64,000 nucleotides of DNA from Vulcanimicrobiota bacterium (GCA_963812135.1 CAWETU010000001.1:864001-928000); one strand, 5' to 3'; positions 39,646 through 49,582 are shown, counted from the stretch's first letter. Program-made: numbers and translations. The notes: generated by a model not told the origin, from the letters alone.

Positions 39646-40179
39646 TTATGGCGCAGCCGGGAGTAGTCGTTCCTCGGCGCGCGGATAGTCCCCATCAGGA
39701 TGCTCTTTGATCCACGCTTTGGCTCGAGCGGCCAGATATTCGAAGTTCTCGAAGACATGGGGCCGATTGGTTCGGCAGATCGCGATCACGTCGGCCAGCA
39801 ATCCCCAATAGAGATTGACGTTGAACCAATCGGTCTGGAGGTACGTGCGTTCATCGATGAGGCCGCTGCGCACGAACGAACCAATGTGGTTGTACATGTC
39901 GCAAAGGTAGAACTCGGGGTGTTTGTTACGATCGATGGGGATCTCCAACAAGGAGGCGCGAAAGTCAGCGTCCTTCATGCGCTCGGCTAGATCGTGGCGG
40001 ACGAAGTTCGTCAGATCGCGAACGCTGGGATCCTGCAACATGCCAAATACCGTGATCAGGCCACTGAGTTGATTGCCCGTTCGCAAATGGCGAAGCTGCG
40101 CCAGCGCCGCGATCGCAGACGCGGTGATGACGACGAACGTGCCTATCGCGGCAGCGGTATTCCATGCCTCGAGAGTCAT
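39646..40179 (-). CDS. DUF4760-like single-TM protein (paralog 2)
   Basis: QLRHLRTGNQ; IGSFVRSGLID; FENFEYLA. Confidence 0.65.
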   Translation of the reverse strand: MTLEAWNTAAAIGTFVVITASAIAALAQLRHLRTGNQLSGLITVFGMLQDPSVRDLTNFVRHDLAERMKDADFRASLLEIPIDRNKHPEFYLCDMYNHIGSFVRSGLIDERTYLQTDWFNVNLYWGLLADVIAICRTNRPHVFENFEYLAARAKAWIKEHPDGDYPRAEERLLPAAP

Positions 40180-40238
40180 GCTGGACGGGGACGTTTGGGC
40201 TGGATGGGGCGGTCGCCTTTGGCTCTGGGGTCTCTCCG

Positions 40239-40892
40239 ATGAGCCACCACGTCGGAAGTCAGGAATTTTGGGACGAGCTCTACCGCTCACGGGGATCAGT
40301 GTGGAGCGGCGAACCCAACGAGTCTTTGGTGAAACAGATGTCGGGACTGCCGGCGGGCACGGCGCTCGACGTCGGTTGCGGCGAGGGGGCGGATGCGATC
40401 TGGTTAGCGCAGCGCGGCTGGCGAGTCACGGCGGTTGACATATCCAACGTCGCGCTCGAGCGAGCGAAGAAAAGCGCGATTCAAGGCGGCGAAAAAGTCG
40501 CGGAGAAGATCTCGTGGATTCGAACCGATCTAACGGAATCCGTTCCGGCAGACACTACCTACGATTTGGTCTGCGCGTTCTTCATGCACTTACCAAAGGC
40601 CGAAAGAGACGTTCTATTCCGCAGCCTTACTGATCTGGTGGCGCCTGGCGGCTCCCTCCTTATCGTCGGCCACCATCCTTCAGACTTGGATGTGCCGGTG
40701 AATCGCCCGAAAGAACCAGATCTCTTTTATACGGCAACCGAGGTCGCAGGTTTGCTCCAACCCGGTCAATGGCAAGTTGTCGTCGAAGCAGCCGACGCTC
40801 GGCCCGCCAAAGGACGCGACGAACAACCTGTGACCGTGCACGATGCGGTGTTGCACGCCCGCAGAGTCAGCTCGGGTGCAACGCTTGGATAG
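40239..40892 (+). CDS. class I SAM-dependent methyltransferase
   Basis: FWDELY, ALDVGCGEGADAIWLA, VDIS. Confidence 0.9.
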   Translation: MSHHVGSQEFWDELYRSRGSVWSGEPNESLVKQMSGLPAGTALDVGCGEGADAIWLAQRGWRVTAVDISNVALERAKKSAIQGGEKVAEKISWIRTDLTESVPADTTYDLVCAFFMHLPKAERDVLFRSLTDLVAPGGSLLIVGHHPSDLDVPVNRPKEPDLFYTATEVAGLLQPGQWQVVVEAADARPAKGRDEQPVTVHDAVLHARRVSSGATLG

Positions 40893-40913
40893 CAGCAGGG
40901 TCGGGTATATAAT
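40885..40913 (+). promoter_or_regulatory. putative sigma70 promoter
   Basis: TTGGAT, 17 bp spacer, TATAAT upstream of GGAGG RBS and ATG 40950. Confidence 0.55.
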
Positions 40914-40949
40914 TTAGTACAGAGCCACGAATATTCTGAGGGAGGACAA

Positions 40950-41336
40950 ATGCTCGCACTTATGCTCGCCGCGGCGCTCAACGGAGCGTCGTGCGCGACT
41001 CCAACTATTGTCTCCGCAACGGTCCAGTCAGCCACGGCGAACGGCGCGTTGAAGCACTACACGATCGCGATCACCGTGGCGAACCAGGGCGGCGTCAAAC
41101 AGCCGAGCGATCTGCTCGAGTCAGTGGACGTCTTCCAAGCTGGTCAGAGGGTCGACCGGATCGGTCTGCAGCCGCTCGGACCCAAGCAATCGCAAACCGT
41201 CACCTACAGCTTCGATCGGTCCGCGGAGGCAGGCGACGGCACGACCGATGTCATTTTCACGCTCGATTTCAACGGGCGCACGGGCAACGATGTTGACTGC
41301 CGCGGCGGGAGGGAAGCTCTCAGAATCTCTGTCTGA
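40950..41336 (+). CDS. secreted CARDB/Ig-like protein
   Basis: ITVANQG...LGPKQSQTVTYSF; strong RBS. Confidence 0.65.
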   Translation: MLALMLAAALNGASCATPTIVSATVQSATANGALKHYTIAITVANQGGVKQPSDLLESVDVFQAGQRVDRIGLQPLGPKQSQTVTYSFDRSAEAGDGTTDVIFTLDFNGRTGNDVDCRGGREALRISV

Positions 41337-41444
41337 CGTCAGGGCGGCAGGAGCAGATGTTCCAAATGCTCCACTCGAAAATGAGTGGAGCATTATACTT
41401 CTGCGTCGAAGGAACTCCTAACAAAGCTGGGGAGTTGAACGTTC

Positions 41445-42623
41445 ATGACCACACACTTTCGACCGTTTATCGCGGTCGCCATCGCGCTGATTCTACTTCT
41501 TGGCGGCCGTTCTTCTGTGCGATCCGCCGAGCTGCCAGGTAGCTCAGGCTCGCAAGCCGTTCAGCCGAGCAACACGATCGTCGTCGCCGAACCGAAGGGC
41601 CTCGTCGTGGTGCTCGATACGAGCGACCTGGCGGATCCATCGTGGAAAAAAGCGGTCAGCAATCCCTCCATCAGCGGCGTGGCGCTTCAAATCCATTGGA
41701 GCGACATCGAAGCGACCAAGGGAAAACCGGATTGGTCGCAATTGGATGCGTGGTTCGCCGCCGCGGCGTCGTCGAAGAAATGGGTCCACCTCCTCATTTT
41801 TCCCGGCTTCTTCTCGCCGCAATGGGCCTTGAAAGACGCGGTGATCGCGAAGTTTCCGATTCAGTACGGGCCGGGCAAAGGAGGCGATGCCGAGCCGTTG
41901 CCGATGCCGTGGGATTCGACGTATCTCAACAACTGGCTCGCATTTGTGAAGAAAGTCGCAGATCGGTACGGATCGAACTCAGCCCTCTCGCTGGTCGCAG
42001 CGGCCGGGCCGACATCGGTCTCGGCGGAGTTCACGCTGCCCGCGACGCCGCCGGACCTGAAGAAGTGGGAAGCTGACGGATACACGCCGACAAAATTTAT
42101 CGGGGCATGGAAAACGGTACTTAACGCCTATGCCGCCGACTTTCCCAATCAGTATATCTCTGTGTCGCAAGGCTCCGGCCTGAATATCGACGATCAAAGC
42201 AAACCCGATCCCGGCGAAAATCACAAAACGAGGCAAGCGATCGTCGACGCGGCGAGCACTATCCTAGGCCATCGATTCGTCCTTCAATCGAGCAACGTCC
42301 ATGCCGGGCCGGGTCCTCACGAGCCGAATTCTGCGGCTGATGATCAATTCGTCATCGGCTACATCGGCCGCGCCCTGACCGGCTTTCAACTGCGCACGTC
42401 AGCCGAAAACAACAGCAAGATCATGGGCGCTGCCGGCGATCCTTCACTCGCCCTGACCAGGTCGATCGGGTATGCGACGGTGACGAACACCGCCGGTCAG
42501 CACGTCAACTACGTGGAGATATATGCGGCCGACGTTCTCGCACCGGATATGCAATCAGCGTTGACGAGTGCTGCTTCGATCTTCACAGGGCACGCGCCAT
42601 TCGTCCCTCACGTGCTCCACTAA
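41445..42623 (+). CDS. secreted glycoside-hydrolase-like TIM-barrel protein
   Basis: SGVALQIHWSDIE...DWSQLD; PMPWD...ADRY. Confidence 0.6.
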   Translation: MTTHFRPFIAVAIALILLLGGRSSVRSAELPGSSGSQAVQPSNTIVVAEPKGLVVVLDTSDLADPSWKKAVSNPSISGVALQIHWSDIEATKGKPDWSQLDAWFAAAASSKKWVHLLIFPGFFSPQWALKDAVIAKFPIQYGPGKGGDAEPLPMPWDSTYLNNWLAFVKKVADRYGSNSALSLVAAAGPTSVSAEFTLPATPPDLKKWEADGYTPTKFIGAWKTVLNAYAADFPNQYISVSQGSGLNIDDQSKPDPGENHKTRQAIVDAASTILGHRFVLQSSNVHAGPGPHEPNSAADDQFVIGYIGRALTGFQLRTSAENNSKIMGAAGDPSLALTRSIGYATVTNTAGQHVNYVEIYAADVLAPDMQSALTSAASIFTGHAPFVPHVLH

Positions 42624-42625
42624 AG

Positions 42626-43417
42626 CTATTCGGTGTAGCCGATCATATAGATCCCGAGCGCCATTGCGAAGAACGTCCACAGGATCGCACCCAAACGTCC
42701 TTTGATGTAGCCCGCATCAGCGAGCAGCTTGGCGGCTGCCAGGCCAAAGCCTGTGATGGAAAACCAAAGATGCTCGAACTTGACATGTTTCATCGACGCG
42801 ATCATGCTCTGCATGGCCGGGTTGGACGCAGCGCCCGGATCGGACATGTGACGCATCATCGCTTGCGTCTCGATGCCCCCGTGGACGTGGAAGAAGAGAT
42901 AGACCCCGCCAAACACTGCGATCGCAGGGACGGCCCACACTTGCAGAAGTTTAGGCAGGCGGTCGCCCGCGCGCAGCAATTCGACGACGGCGAGCGCGAT
43001 CAGAAGAAGCACGAAGATCCGGTGCTGGAGCACGCTGGGGTCCTGAAAGCTGATCCAAAACCCATACGGGCCGCTGGGCCACGCTTTCGGATCGTTGCGC
43101 AAGAACAAGAACTCGACCAGGCCCAAAAGCACGAGGCCCGGCACATAGTTGAACCAGGTGCGCTTCGGCCACTGCAATCCTGCGATCAGCGCGGTAAGGC
43201 CCCATAAAAAAAGAAACACGCCGGCGCCCCGGTGGTTGAACTCGGACCACTGCGTGTTGGTCACGGGCGACGCTATCCCGTTCTCGGGATTGTCCGCGTT
43301 CTGACCTTGCGTCATGCCGGGCATGTTCATGGGCATCGGCGTCGAGTCGGCTTTGGCGACGGACAGCGTGAGCAGCCCGCCCAACATGCAAGCCGCTAAG
43401 AGCGTCAGTGTCTTCAT
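42626..43417 (-). CDS. membrane protein with Met/His-rich segments (possible metal handling)
   Basis: Signal peptide, MPMNMPGM, WSEFNHR, QHR, HVH, EHLW. Confidence 0.6.
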   Translation of the reverse strand: MKTLTLLAACMLGGLLTLSVAKADSTPMPMNMPGMTQGQNADNPENGIASPVTNTQWSEFNHRGAGVFLFLWGLTALIAGLQWPKRTWFNYVPGLVLLGLVEFLFLRNDPKAWPSGPYGFWISFQDPSVLQHRIFVLLLIALAVVELLRAGDRLPKLLQVWAVPAIAVFGGVYLFFHVHGGIETQAMMRHMSDPGAASNPAMQSMIASMKHVKFEHLWFSITGFGLAAAKLLADAGYIKGRLGAILWTFFAMALGIYMIGYTE

Positions 43418-43530
43418 GCAACCCCCTGTGTTAGTCTCCGCCGCTTGTTGTCCACGCTCCCCTTCGTCACCTCGGCGAACTGCGCGAGGCAAAAATGTGC
43501 TCGGGGTGGACTTGCGCTATCTCCTCGGGG

Positions 43531-43995
43531 CTAGCGCCGGCGAAGGAACCTTTGCCAGGGGTCTGCCGCCGTCATCGACGGCGTTTCGACGTGGGCAAGC
43601 GCGGCATATCGCGAGCTGGGGAACTGCTTGAATAGCAGCTCGCGGCAGCGGTCGGCGGCCACGTTTGCTTCCGCGGAGTGCATCCGCCAGAAAAGATGCG
43701 ACATCTCGTATGCGCGCTTCGGAATCCAGCTGTCGTGCGGATACTTCACGGCCCAGTCCCCGAGCGCATCTTCGGCGGTCATGAGCCCGCCGTACAAGCT
43801 CTCCGCCGTCGTCGGGTCGGAGGACTCCCGCTGGTCCGTGTCGCGGATTATGTTGTCGATGCCAAGCGTGCTGATTTGCTGCCGCCCGAAGTACTCATCC
43901 ACGGGCGCGTCGACGGTTTTCTGATCGGCGAGGACGGGCAGACCGAACGCGAACGCGCACGCAACGGTCAGAACGATTCGAAGTGCGCCTGTCAT
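43531..43995 (-). CDS. secreted helical hypothetical protein
   Basis: APVDEYFGR...DWAVKYPHDSW...FPSSRYA. Confidence 0.65.
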   Translation of the reverse strand: MTGALRIVLTVACAFAFGLPVLADQKTVDAPVDEYFGRQQISTLGIDNIIRDTDQRESSDPTTAESLYGGLMTAEDALGDWAVKYPHDSWIPKRAYEMSHLFWRMHSAEANVAADRCRELLFKQFPSSRYAALAHVETPSMTAADPWQRFLRRR

Positions 43996-44118
43996 GGCTC
44001 ACAAACCCCGACATGATGTCCGATGTCACGCCAGCATAGCATGACCGATTTAGAGCCGCATGAGAGAAGGCGAGTGTCCGATCTCGCCGGCCCGTTGAGC
44101 AAGCGGCCGCTTGCCTTA

Positions 44119-45093
44119 TCAGGAAATGGGTTCCACCTTCGCCGGCGTCGCTCTCCACCGGCGTGTCAGATCAGCCGCAGCCTCCGGCCAGTTTGGAAAT
44201 TCAAACATATAGCCTGCTTCGAGCAACCGCGTCGGAACCACGCGGCGGCTCTTGAGCACGAGTTCGGATTCCGAGCGCATGAAGAACGTGCCCACCTCGA
44301 GCATCCACTCGGTCGCGGGTAGTCCGATCCGCGCGCCCCACGCGTCGCGCAGGACGCGCATGAACTCCCGATTCGGCAACGGGTGCGGCGCGCTGATGTT
44401 GACGACGCCGTCGAGGTCGTCTCTGGCGACGAGAAAATCGATCGACCGGCAGAGATCGGCGTCGTGGACCCATGAGAAGAACTGTTTGCCGGAGCCCATC
44501 GTGCCGCCAAGACCTCGCCGCACGAGGCCCAGTAAGATGTCGAAGGTGCCTTCACGCTGCGGACTCATGACGATCGCGCAACGGAGCGCGAGCTTGCGCG
44601 TCCGCGGAGCAACGGCTTCAAAAAAGGCATCTTCCCACTTCTTCGCCACATCGATGCTGAAGCGCCACGTCCGAGGGGCGTCGGGTTCAGATCCGCCAAG
44701 CTCACCTGTCGCCTCGTCCATCGCGCGATCAAAGGTGTGGCGATAGATCGTCGCCGTGCTTGCATTCATCCAGAGCGGCGGCGGATGGGGGGCGTTGGCG
44801 ATGGCTTGGCCTACGAGACGGGTCGTCTCGGTGCGCGATTCTTTGATGATGCGCGAGTTCTCAGCCGTATAGCGGCAATTGACGCTGCGTCCTGCAAGAT
44901 TGATGATCACGTCCGCGCCGTCGAACGCGTCGGCCCACGGTCCTAGCGTTCGGCCATCCCAAACGATAGAACGCCAGGGCGCACCCGGATCCGGGTTGCG
45001 CGCGAGGACGGTGACGTCGTCGCCCTGCTCGTGGAAATGCGCAGCAAGGATCCGGCCGATTTGACCGCTGCCACCCGGAATCACGATGCGCAT
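44119..45093 (-). CDS. TIGR01777-family NAD(P)-dependent epimerase/oxidoreductase
   Basis: GGSGQIG, INLAGRSVNCRY, GSGKQFFSWVH. Confidence 0.9.
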   Translation of the reverse strand: MRIVIPGGSGQIGRILAAHFHEQGDDVTVLARNPDPGAPWRSIVWDGRTLGPWADAFDGADVIINLAGRSVNCRYTAENSRIIKESRTETTRLVGQAIANAPHPPPLWMNASTATIYRHTFDRAMDEATGELGGSEPDAPRTWRFSIDVAKKWEDAFFEAVAPRTRKLALRCAIVMSPQREGTFDILLGLVRRGLGGTMGSGKQFFSWVHDADLCRSIDFLVARDDLDGVVNISAPHPLPNREFMRVLRDAWGARIGLPATEWMLEVGTFFMRSESELVLKSRRVVPTRLLEAGYMFEFPNWPEAAADLTRRWRATPAKVEPIS

Positions 45094-45194
45094 GTCACGC
45101 CTTTCACGCTTCACCGGACCTTCACATCCGCGCTCTGTCCCTTCGTTGCGCCGTGCTCGGCGCTTCACAACTGTGCGTTACGATTTTCAGCATA

Positions 45195-46343
45195 ATGAAC
45201 GCGCTTGAACGCCTGATCCCCGCTCCACGCTTGCACCAGAGCGACCACGTCGAGGTGGGAGCGCCGCAAAGCGTCGCATGGACCGCCGTGCGCACCATCG
45301 ATATGGCGCGCTCACCCTTCGTCCATGCGCTCTTCGCCCTCCGAACCGTTCCCGATCGTCTGGGCGGCCGAGACGTCGAAACCGAGAGTCTTCGGATCGA
45401 CGACATCACCGCGAACGCACACGGTTTTCGGATTCTCGACGAGCAGCCCGGCAGAGCGGTCACGGTCGGAGCAATCGGAAAAGTGTGGCAACCGCTCATC
45501 GAGTTCGCTGACGTGCCGGCAGAGCGCTTCGCATCGTTCGACGAGCCCGGGTGGATCAAGGTCGCGTGGGAGCTCCGCTGCGAGCCACGCGGACACGCCG
45601 TCACGCGTATCGTCGTCGAGTTACGCGTCGCGGCCACGGATGACGTCTCGTGGCGGCGCTTCGAGCATTACTTCCAGTTGGTGGGTCCGTTCTCGCATTT
45701 CATCCGCCGGCACATGCTCGGCTTGATGGCGCGTGAGCTCGGCGGCCCGGGAGCGGCAGAACACATGCAGCCGCTGCGAGGCGACGAGTTATTGGGCGAC
45801 GCAATAGTGCAGGCCACCGACGGCGTCACGATCGCCGCGACACCCGCTGCCATCTGGCCATGGCTCGTGCAGATGGGATGTCGTCGTGCGGGCTGGTATA
45901 GCTGGGACGTCCTCGACAACGCCGGCAGGCCGAGCGCACGCGAGATCCTCTCACAATTCCAATCGTTGCACGTCGGCGACGTCATACCGTCAACACCCAA
46001 GGGCGACGATGGTTTCGAAGTGCTGCTTCTGGACGAGCCGCATGCGTTTGTGCTGGGCGGGCTGTACGACCTTGACACCAACCGACAGCTGCCGTTTGCA
46101 TCGCCGCGCCCGGAGCGCTACCTGCAGACGACGTGGGCGTTCGCCCTCGAGCCGCTCGACCATTCGACGACGCGTCTGCACGTGCGCCTACGCGGGGCGT
46201 TCGGTGGTCGACTGACGCTGAGCGTATACCTCATGACCCGCATTCATCACTTCATGCAGACGGCCCAATTGCGCAATCTCAGAGAACGGGTCGAAAACGC
46301 CCAGCACGAGTCTGAGCGAATACAAGAAAAAGGCCGGCGATGA
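45195..46343 (+). CDS. tandem SRPBCC/START-like domain protein
   Basis: Two modules; IAATPAAIWPWLVQMG..RAGWYS. Confidence 0.7.
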   Translation: MNALERLIPAPRLHQSDHVEVGAPQSVAWTAVRTIDMARSPFVHALFALRTVPDRLGGRDVETESLRIDDITANAHGFRILDEQPGRAVTVGAIGKVWQPLIEFADVPAERFASFDEPGWIKVAWELRCEPRGHAVTRIVVELRVAATDDVSWRRFEHYFQLVGPFSHFIRRHMLGLMARELGGPGAAEHMQPLRGDELLGDAIVQATDGVTIAATPAAIWPWLVQMGCRRAGWYSWDVLDNAGRPSAREILSQFQSLHVGDVIPSTPKGDDGFEVLLLDEPHAFVLGGLYDLDTNRQLPFASPRPERYLQTTWAFALEPLDHSTTRLHVRLRGAFGGRLTLSVYLMTRIHHFMQTAQLRNLRERVENAQHESERIQEKGRR

Positions 46344-46350
46344 GCCGGCC
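46326..46350 (-). terminator. intrinsic terminator (minus strand)
   Basis: GGCCGGC-TCATC-GCCGGCC followed by TTTTT. Confidence 0.65.
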
Positions 46351-46374
46351 AAGAGCGGATCGAAAACGCGGGTT

Positions 46375-46494
46375 CTAGACCTTCTTGGCCGCTCTCCGAA
46401 CCTTGCGCTTCGTCTTGCGCACCGCGCGTTTCACCTTGCGCTCGCCCTGCTCTACGGCGCGCTTTGCTTTGCGCGCAGCTCTTCGTTTGGCCAT
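46375..46494 (-). CDS. 39-aa Lys/Arg-rich small protein (not in the ORF track)
   Basis: MAKRRAARKAKRAVEQGERKVKRAVRKTKRKVRRAAKKV; AAGGAG 7 nt upstream; terminator downstream. Confidence 0.7.
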   Translation of the reverse strand: MAKRRAARKAKRAVEQGERKVKRAVRKTKRKVRRAAKKV

Positions 46495-46537
46495 TCATCG
46501 TCTCCTTAAAGCGTCTGATCGAGCACCATGACTCGAC

Positions 46538-47122
46538 TTGAAATTCATTACCGAGGCGAATCGGGCTCTCCTTTCTAATTCACCCACGGTGCTGGCATTG
46601 ACGACGCGCCGAATGCAGCTTATCGCCGCGACGCCCGACATGGCCGTTGCCGATCTCCGCGAACGGGCTCGCCTTGGGCGGCTTTTGAACGCGACGCTGC
46701 CGCGTAACTGGCCGCCGCCGTTTAACGACGAAGGTTCAGCGCGTTGGTTCGCGGATCACCTCGCGCAACACCCGGCTGCCGTCGGGTGGATGATATGGTA
46801 TTTCGTCCTGGTCGACGGCGATGCGCGCACCGCTATCGGAAACGGCGGCTTCAAGGGCGAGCCGCGCGACGGAACGGTCGAGATCGGTTATTCCATCATC
46901 CCACAGTTCCAGCGACGGGGCTATGCGAGCGAGGCTGCGCAAGCGTTGGTGGACTGGGCGTTCGGTCATAACGATGTGGCTCGCGTGGTCGCGGAGACGC
47001 TGCCGGGCTCGGCGGCCTCGCAAGCGTTGCTCGGCAAACTAGGCTTCCGGCGCACAGGTAGAGCGGACGAGCTGGGCGTACTGCGTTTCGAAAAATTGAA
47101 GCAACCCGTAGCCGAATCCTAA
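46538..47122 (+). CDS. GNAT (RimJ/RimL-type) N-acetyltransferase
   Basis: IGNGGFKG, VEIGY, QRRGYASEA; start uncertain. Confidence 0.85.
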   Translation: MKFITEANRALLSNSPTVLALTTRRMQLIAATPDMAVADLRERARLGRLLNATLPRNWPPPFNDEGSARWFADHLAQHPAAVGWMIWYFVLVDGDARTAIGNGGFKGEPRDGTVEIGYSIIPQFQRRGYASEAAQALVDWAFGHNDVARVVAETLPGSAASQALLGKLGFRRTGRADELGVLRFEKLKQPVAES

Positions 47123-47140
47123 AGCGGAGGTCTTCGCGCT

Positions 47141-49129
47141 TTGGCCGCATCCGTTGTTCAAACCACTGGCCGCGATACTCGTCTCGAGCTGACGTGGCGT
47201 GGGCTTATACTCGGTGCAGCGATCACGCTCGTGTTCACAGCGGCGAATGTCTATCTCGGGCTCAAGGTCGGGCTCACCTTCGCGTCCTCGATCCCTGCCG
47301 CCGTCATCTCGATGGCGGTGCTGCGCATCCTCTTCAAAAACGCGACGATCTGGGAGAATAACATCGTCCAGACCATCGCCTCGGCAGCCGGCACGCTGTC
47401 GGCGATCATCTTCGTGTTGCCGGGTCTGGTGATGGTCGGCTGGTGGTCGGGCTTTCCGTATTGGGAGTCGCTGGCCGTCATCGCGATCGGCGGCATCCTT
47501 GGAGTGATGTATAGCGTGCCGCTGCGCCGCGCGCTCGTCGCGCAATCCGACCTTCCCTATCCGGAGGGCGTCGCCGCTGCAGAAGTGCTCAAGGTCGGCG
47601 TCGGCGGGAGCGATGCGTCGGCCGCATCGATCGACGAGAACAAGAAAGGATTGCTCGCGATCTCGATCGGGTCGCTCGTATCCGCCGGATATGCCGCGCT
47701 TGCCGCCGCGCGCGTCTTCGCGGACACGATCTCGGGCTATTTCCGGATCGGCGGCGCCGCCACGGGTTTTGGCATGTCGATGTCGCTCGCGCTCGTGGGC
47801 GCGGGTCACCTGATCGGAATATCCGTCGGGCTCGCGATCGCCGCGGGTCTCGTCATCTCGTGGGGGATTCTCACGCCGTTGCTGACCGCGCTGCACCCGG
47901 CGGACGGTCCAGCCGGCGCCGTGGCGCTGGGCGTGTGGGCGCACCAAGTGCGCTTCATCGGTACGGGTACCATTGGCATCGCCGCGTTGTGGACCATCGG
48001 CAAGCTGTTCAAGCCCGTCTACAGCGGCGTCGCCTCGGCCATCGCAGCGTCGCGCCGCCGCGCAGAAGCGGGCGGGGATGATAGCACGCTGCCGCGCACC
48101 GAGCGCGATCTGCCGATCGGTATCGTCGCGCTTATCAGCGTGGCCTGCTTCATCCCGCTCGCGTTCTTGCTCGCGATCTTCCTCCAAGGAAGCACGGTTG
48201 CGTCGCTCACTGTGCCGCTCGTGATCGCGGGGCTCATCTATGTCGTCGTCGCGGGCTTTTTCGTCGCCGCGGCGTGCGGCTACATGGCCGGTCTCATCGG
48301 TTCGTCCAACAGTCCGGTCTCGGGCCTGGCGATCCTGAGCGTGATCGGCGCGGCGTTGCTGCTCCTCGTCGTCGGCAAGGCGGCCGGCGCCACGGGCGCG
48401 CCTGCGTTGGTCGCCTTCGCCCTGTTCGTCACCGCGGTGCTGCTCAGCGTCGCGACGATCTCCAACGACAATCTCCAGGACCTCAAGACCGGCCAACTGG
48501 TGGACGCGACGCCGTGGCGGCAGCAAGTCGCGCTCATCGCAGGCGTGATCTTCGGCGCGCTGGTGATCCCGCCGATCCTCGATCTGCTGAACAAGGCGTA
48601 CGGTTTCGGCGGCGGTCCACATGCGCTACCCGCGCCGCAAGCCACGCTGATCTCGACGCTCGCGAAGGGCGTGATCCAAGGCCAGATCGACTGGGGACTC
48701 ATCGGCGTCGGCGTGCTGATCGGCATCGCCATCATCATCATCGACGAGGTGTTGCGCGCCAAGACGCGATTCCAATTACCGCCGCTGGCCGTCGGGCTCG
48801 GCATTTATCTGCCTGCGACGACGACGTCGGCGACGGTCGTCGGCGCCGTCGCCGGCTGGGCGTACAATCGCTGGGTCGCCAAAGGTCCGAACGCCGACGT
48901 CGCGCGGCGTATCGGCGTGCTCATCGCGTCCGGATTGATCGTCGGCGAGAGCCTCTTCGGCGTCGTGCTCGCCGGAATCATCGTCTTTAGCGGCAACGCG
49001 ACGCCGCTGGCGGTCGTCGGCGATGCATTCCAACGCAATGCGACATGGCTCGGAGGCATCGTTTTTGTCCTCACCATCATAGCTTTGTATCGCTGGAGCG
49101 CGCGGCTCGCGCAGAGCGTCGCAAACTAG
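47141..49129 (+). CDS. OPT-family oligopeptide transporter
   Basis: YLGLKVGLTFASSIPAAVIS, ENNIVQT, YPEG, NDNLQDLKTG, APQA. Confidence 0.95.
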   Translation: MAASVVQTTGRDTRLELTWRGLILGAAITLVFTAANVYLGLKVGLTFASSIPAAVISMAVLRILFKNATIWENNIVQTIASAAGTLSAIIFVLPGLVMVGWWSGFPYWESLAVIAIGGILGVMYSVPLRRALVAQSDLPYPEGVAAAEVLKVGVGGSDASAASIDENKKGLLAISIGSLVSAGYAALAAARVFADTISGYFRIGGAATGFGMSMSLALVGAGHLIGISVGLAIAAGLVISWGILTPLLTALHPADGPAGAVALGVWAHQVRFIGTGTIGIAALWTIGKLFKPVYSGVASAIAASRRRAEAGGDDSTLPRTERDLPIGIVALISVACFIPLAFLLAIFLQGSTVASLTVPLVIAGLIYVVVAGFFVAAACGYMAGLIGSSNSPVSGLAILSVIGAALLLLVVGKAAGATGAPALVAFALFVTAVLLSVATISNDNLQDLKTGQLVDATPWRQQVALIAGVIFGALVIPPILDLLNKAYGFGGGPHALPAPQATLISTLAKGVIQGQIDWGLIGVGVLIGIAIIIIDEVLRAKTRFQLPPLAVGLGIYLPATTTSATVVGAVAGWAYNRWVAKGPNADVARRIGVLIASGLIVGESLFGVVLAGIIVFSGNATPLAVVGDAFQRNATWLGGIVFVLTIIALYRWSARLAQSVAN

Positions 49130-49140
49130 GTCTACGCAAA

Positions 49141-49180
49141 AAGAAAGAAACCGCGACTCTTGCGAGCCGCGGTTTTCTCT
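49141..49180. terminator. bidirectional intrinsic terminator
   Basis: A-tract, AAACCGCGACTC-TTGC-GAGCCGCGGTTT, T-tract, between convergent genes. Confidence 0.75.
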
Positions 49181-49195
49181 TGCCGCCGAATGAGG

Positions 49196-49582
49196 TTACG
49201 GGGAGGGCGACGGTGCAGGGTGCTGGCTGCGCCACGCGGCCTTCTCTTGTTCGAGCTTGGTGCGTTGGTCGGGCGTCAAAACGGCCATGATCTGGTCCTG
49301 GAGCTGCTTGCGCGCCGTCGGGTCCTTCGGGCCGCCTTCGGGATGCGCTTGCTTGTAGCTGGTCATGAGCGCCTTGATCTGATCTTGCTGTTGCTGTGAC
49401 AGGTTGAGCGTTTGCAGCATGTGCATCATGCCGCCGTGGTGATGGCCTTCGGCCGGCTGGCTTGCCCCCGGGGCAGGCTGGTTGGTATCGGCGATCGTGC
49501 CGCTTTGTGCGAGCGCGAGCGCAGGCGCACCGAGCGCAGCTGCGCACGTCGCAGCGATGATGAATGACTTGAGTGATTTCAC
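49196..49582 (-). CDS. Spy/CpxP-family periplasmic protein
   Basis: Signal peptide; LNLSQQQ...VLTPDQR (LTXXQ). Confidence 0.8.
   Translation of the reverse strand: MKSLKSFIIAATCAAALGAPALALAQSGTIADTNQPAPGASQPAEGHHHGGMMHMLQTLNLSQQQQDQIKALMTSYKQAHPEGGPKDPTARKQLQDQIMAVLTPDQRTKLEQEKAAWRSQHPAPSPSP

Noticed and set aside
46247..46498. 83-aa minus-strand ORF from the track
   Set aside because: The RBS is only 3 nt from its ATG and it runs through the terminator into the convergent gene; the 39-aa frame fits better.
47039..48622. 527-aa antisense ORF, and similar long shadow ORFs such as 24426-25370, 18723-19733, 6522-7463 and 56403-57491
   Set aside because: They overlap well-supported genes, are Arg/Ala-rich and carry no motifs, as expected in high-GC DNA.
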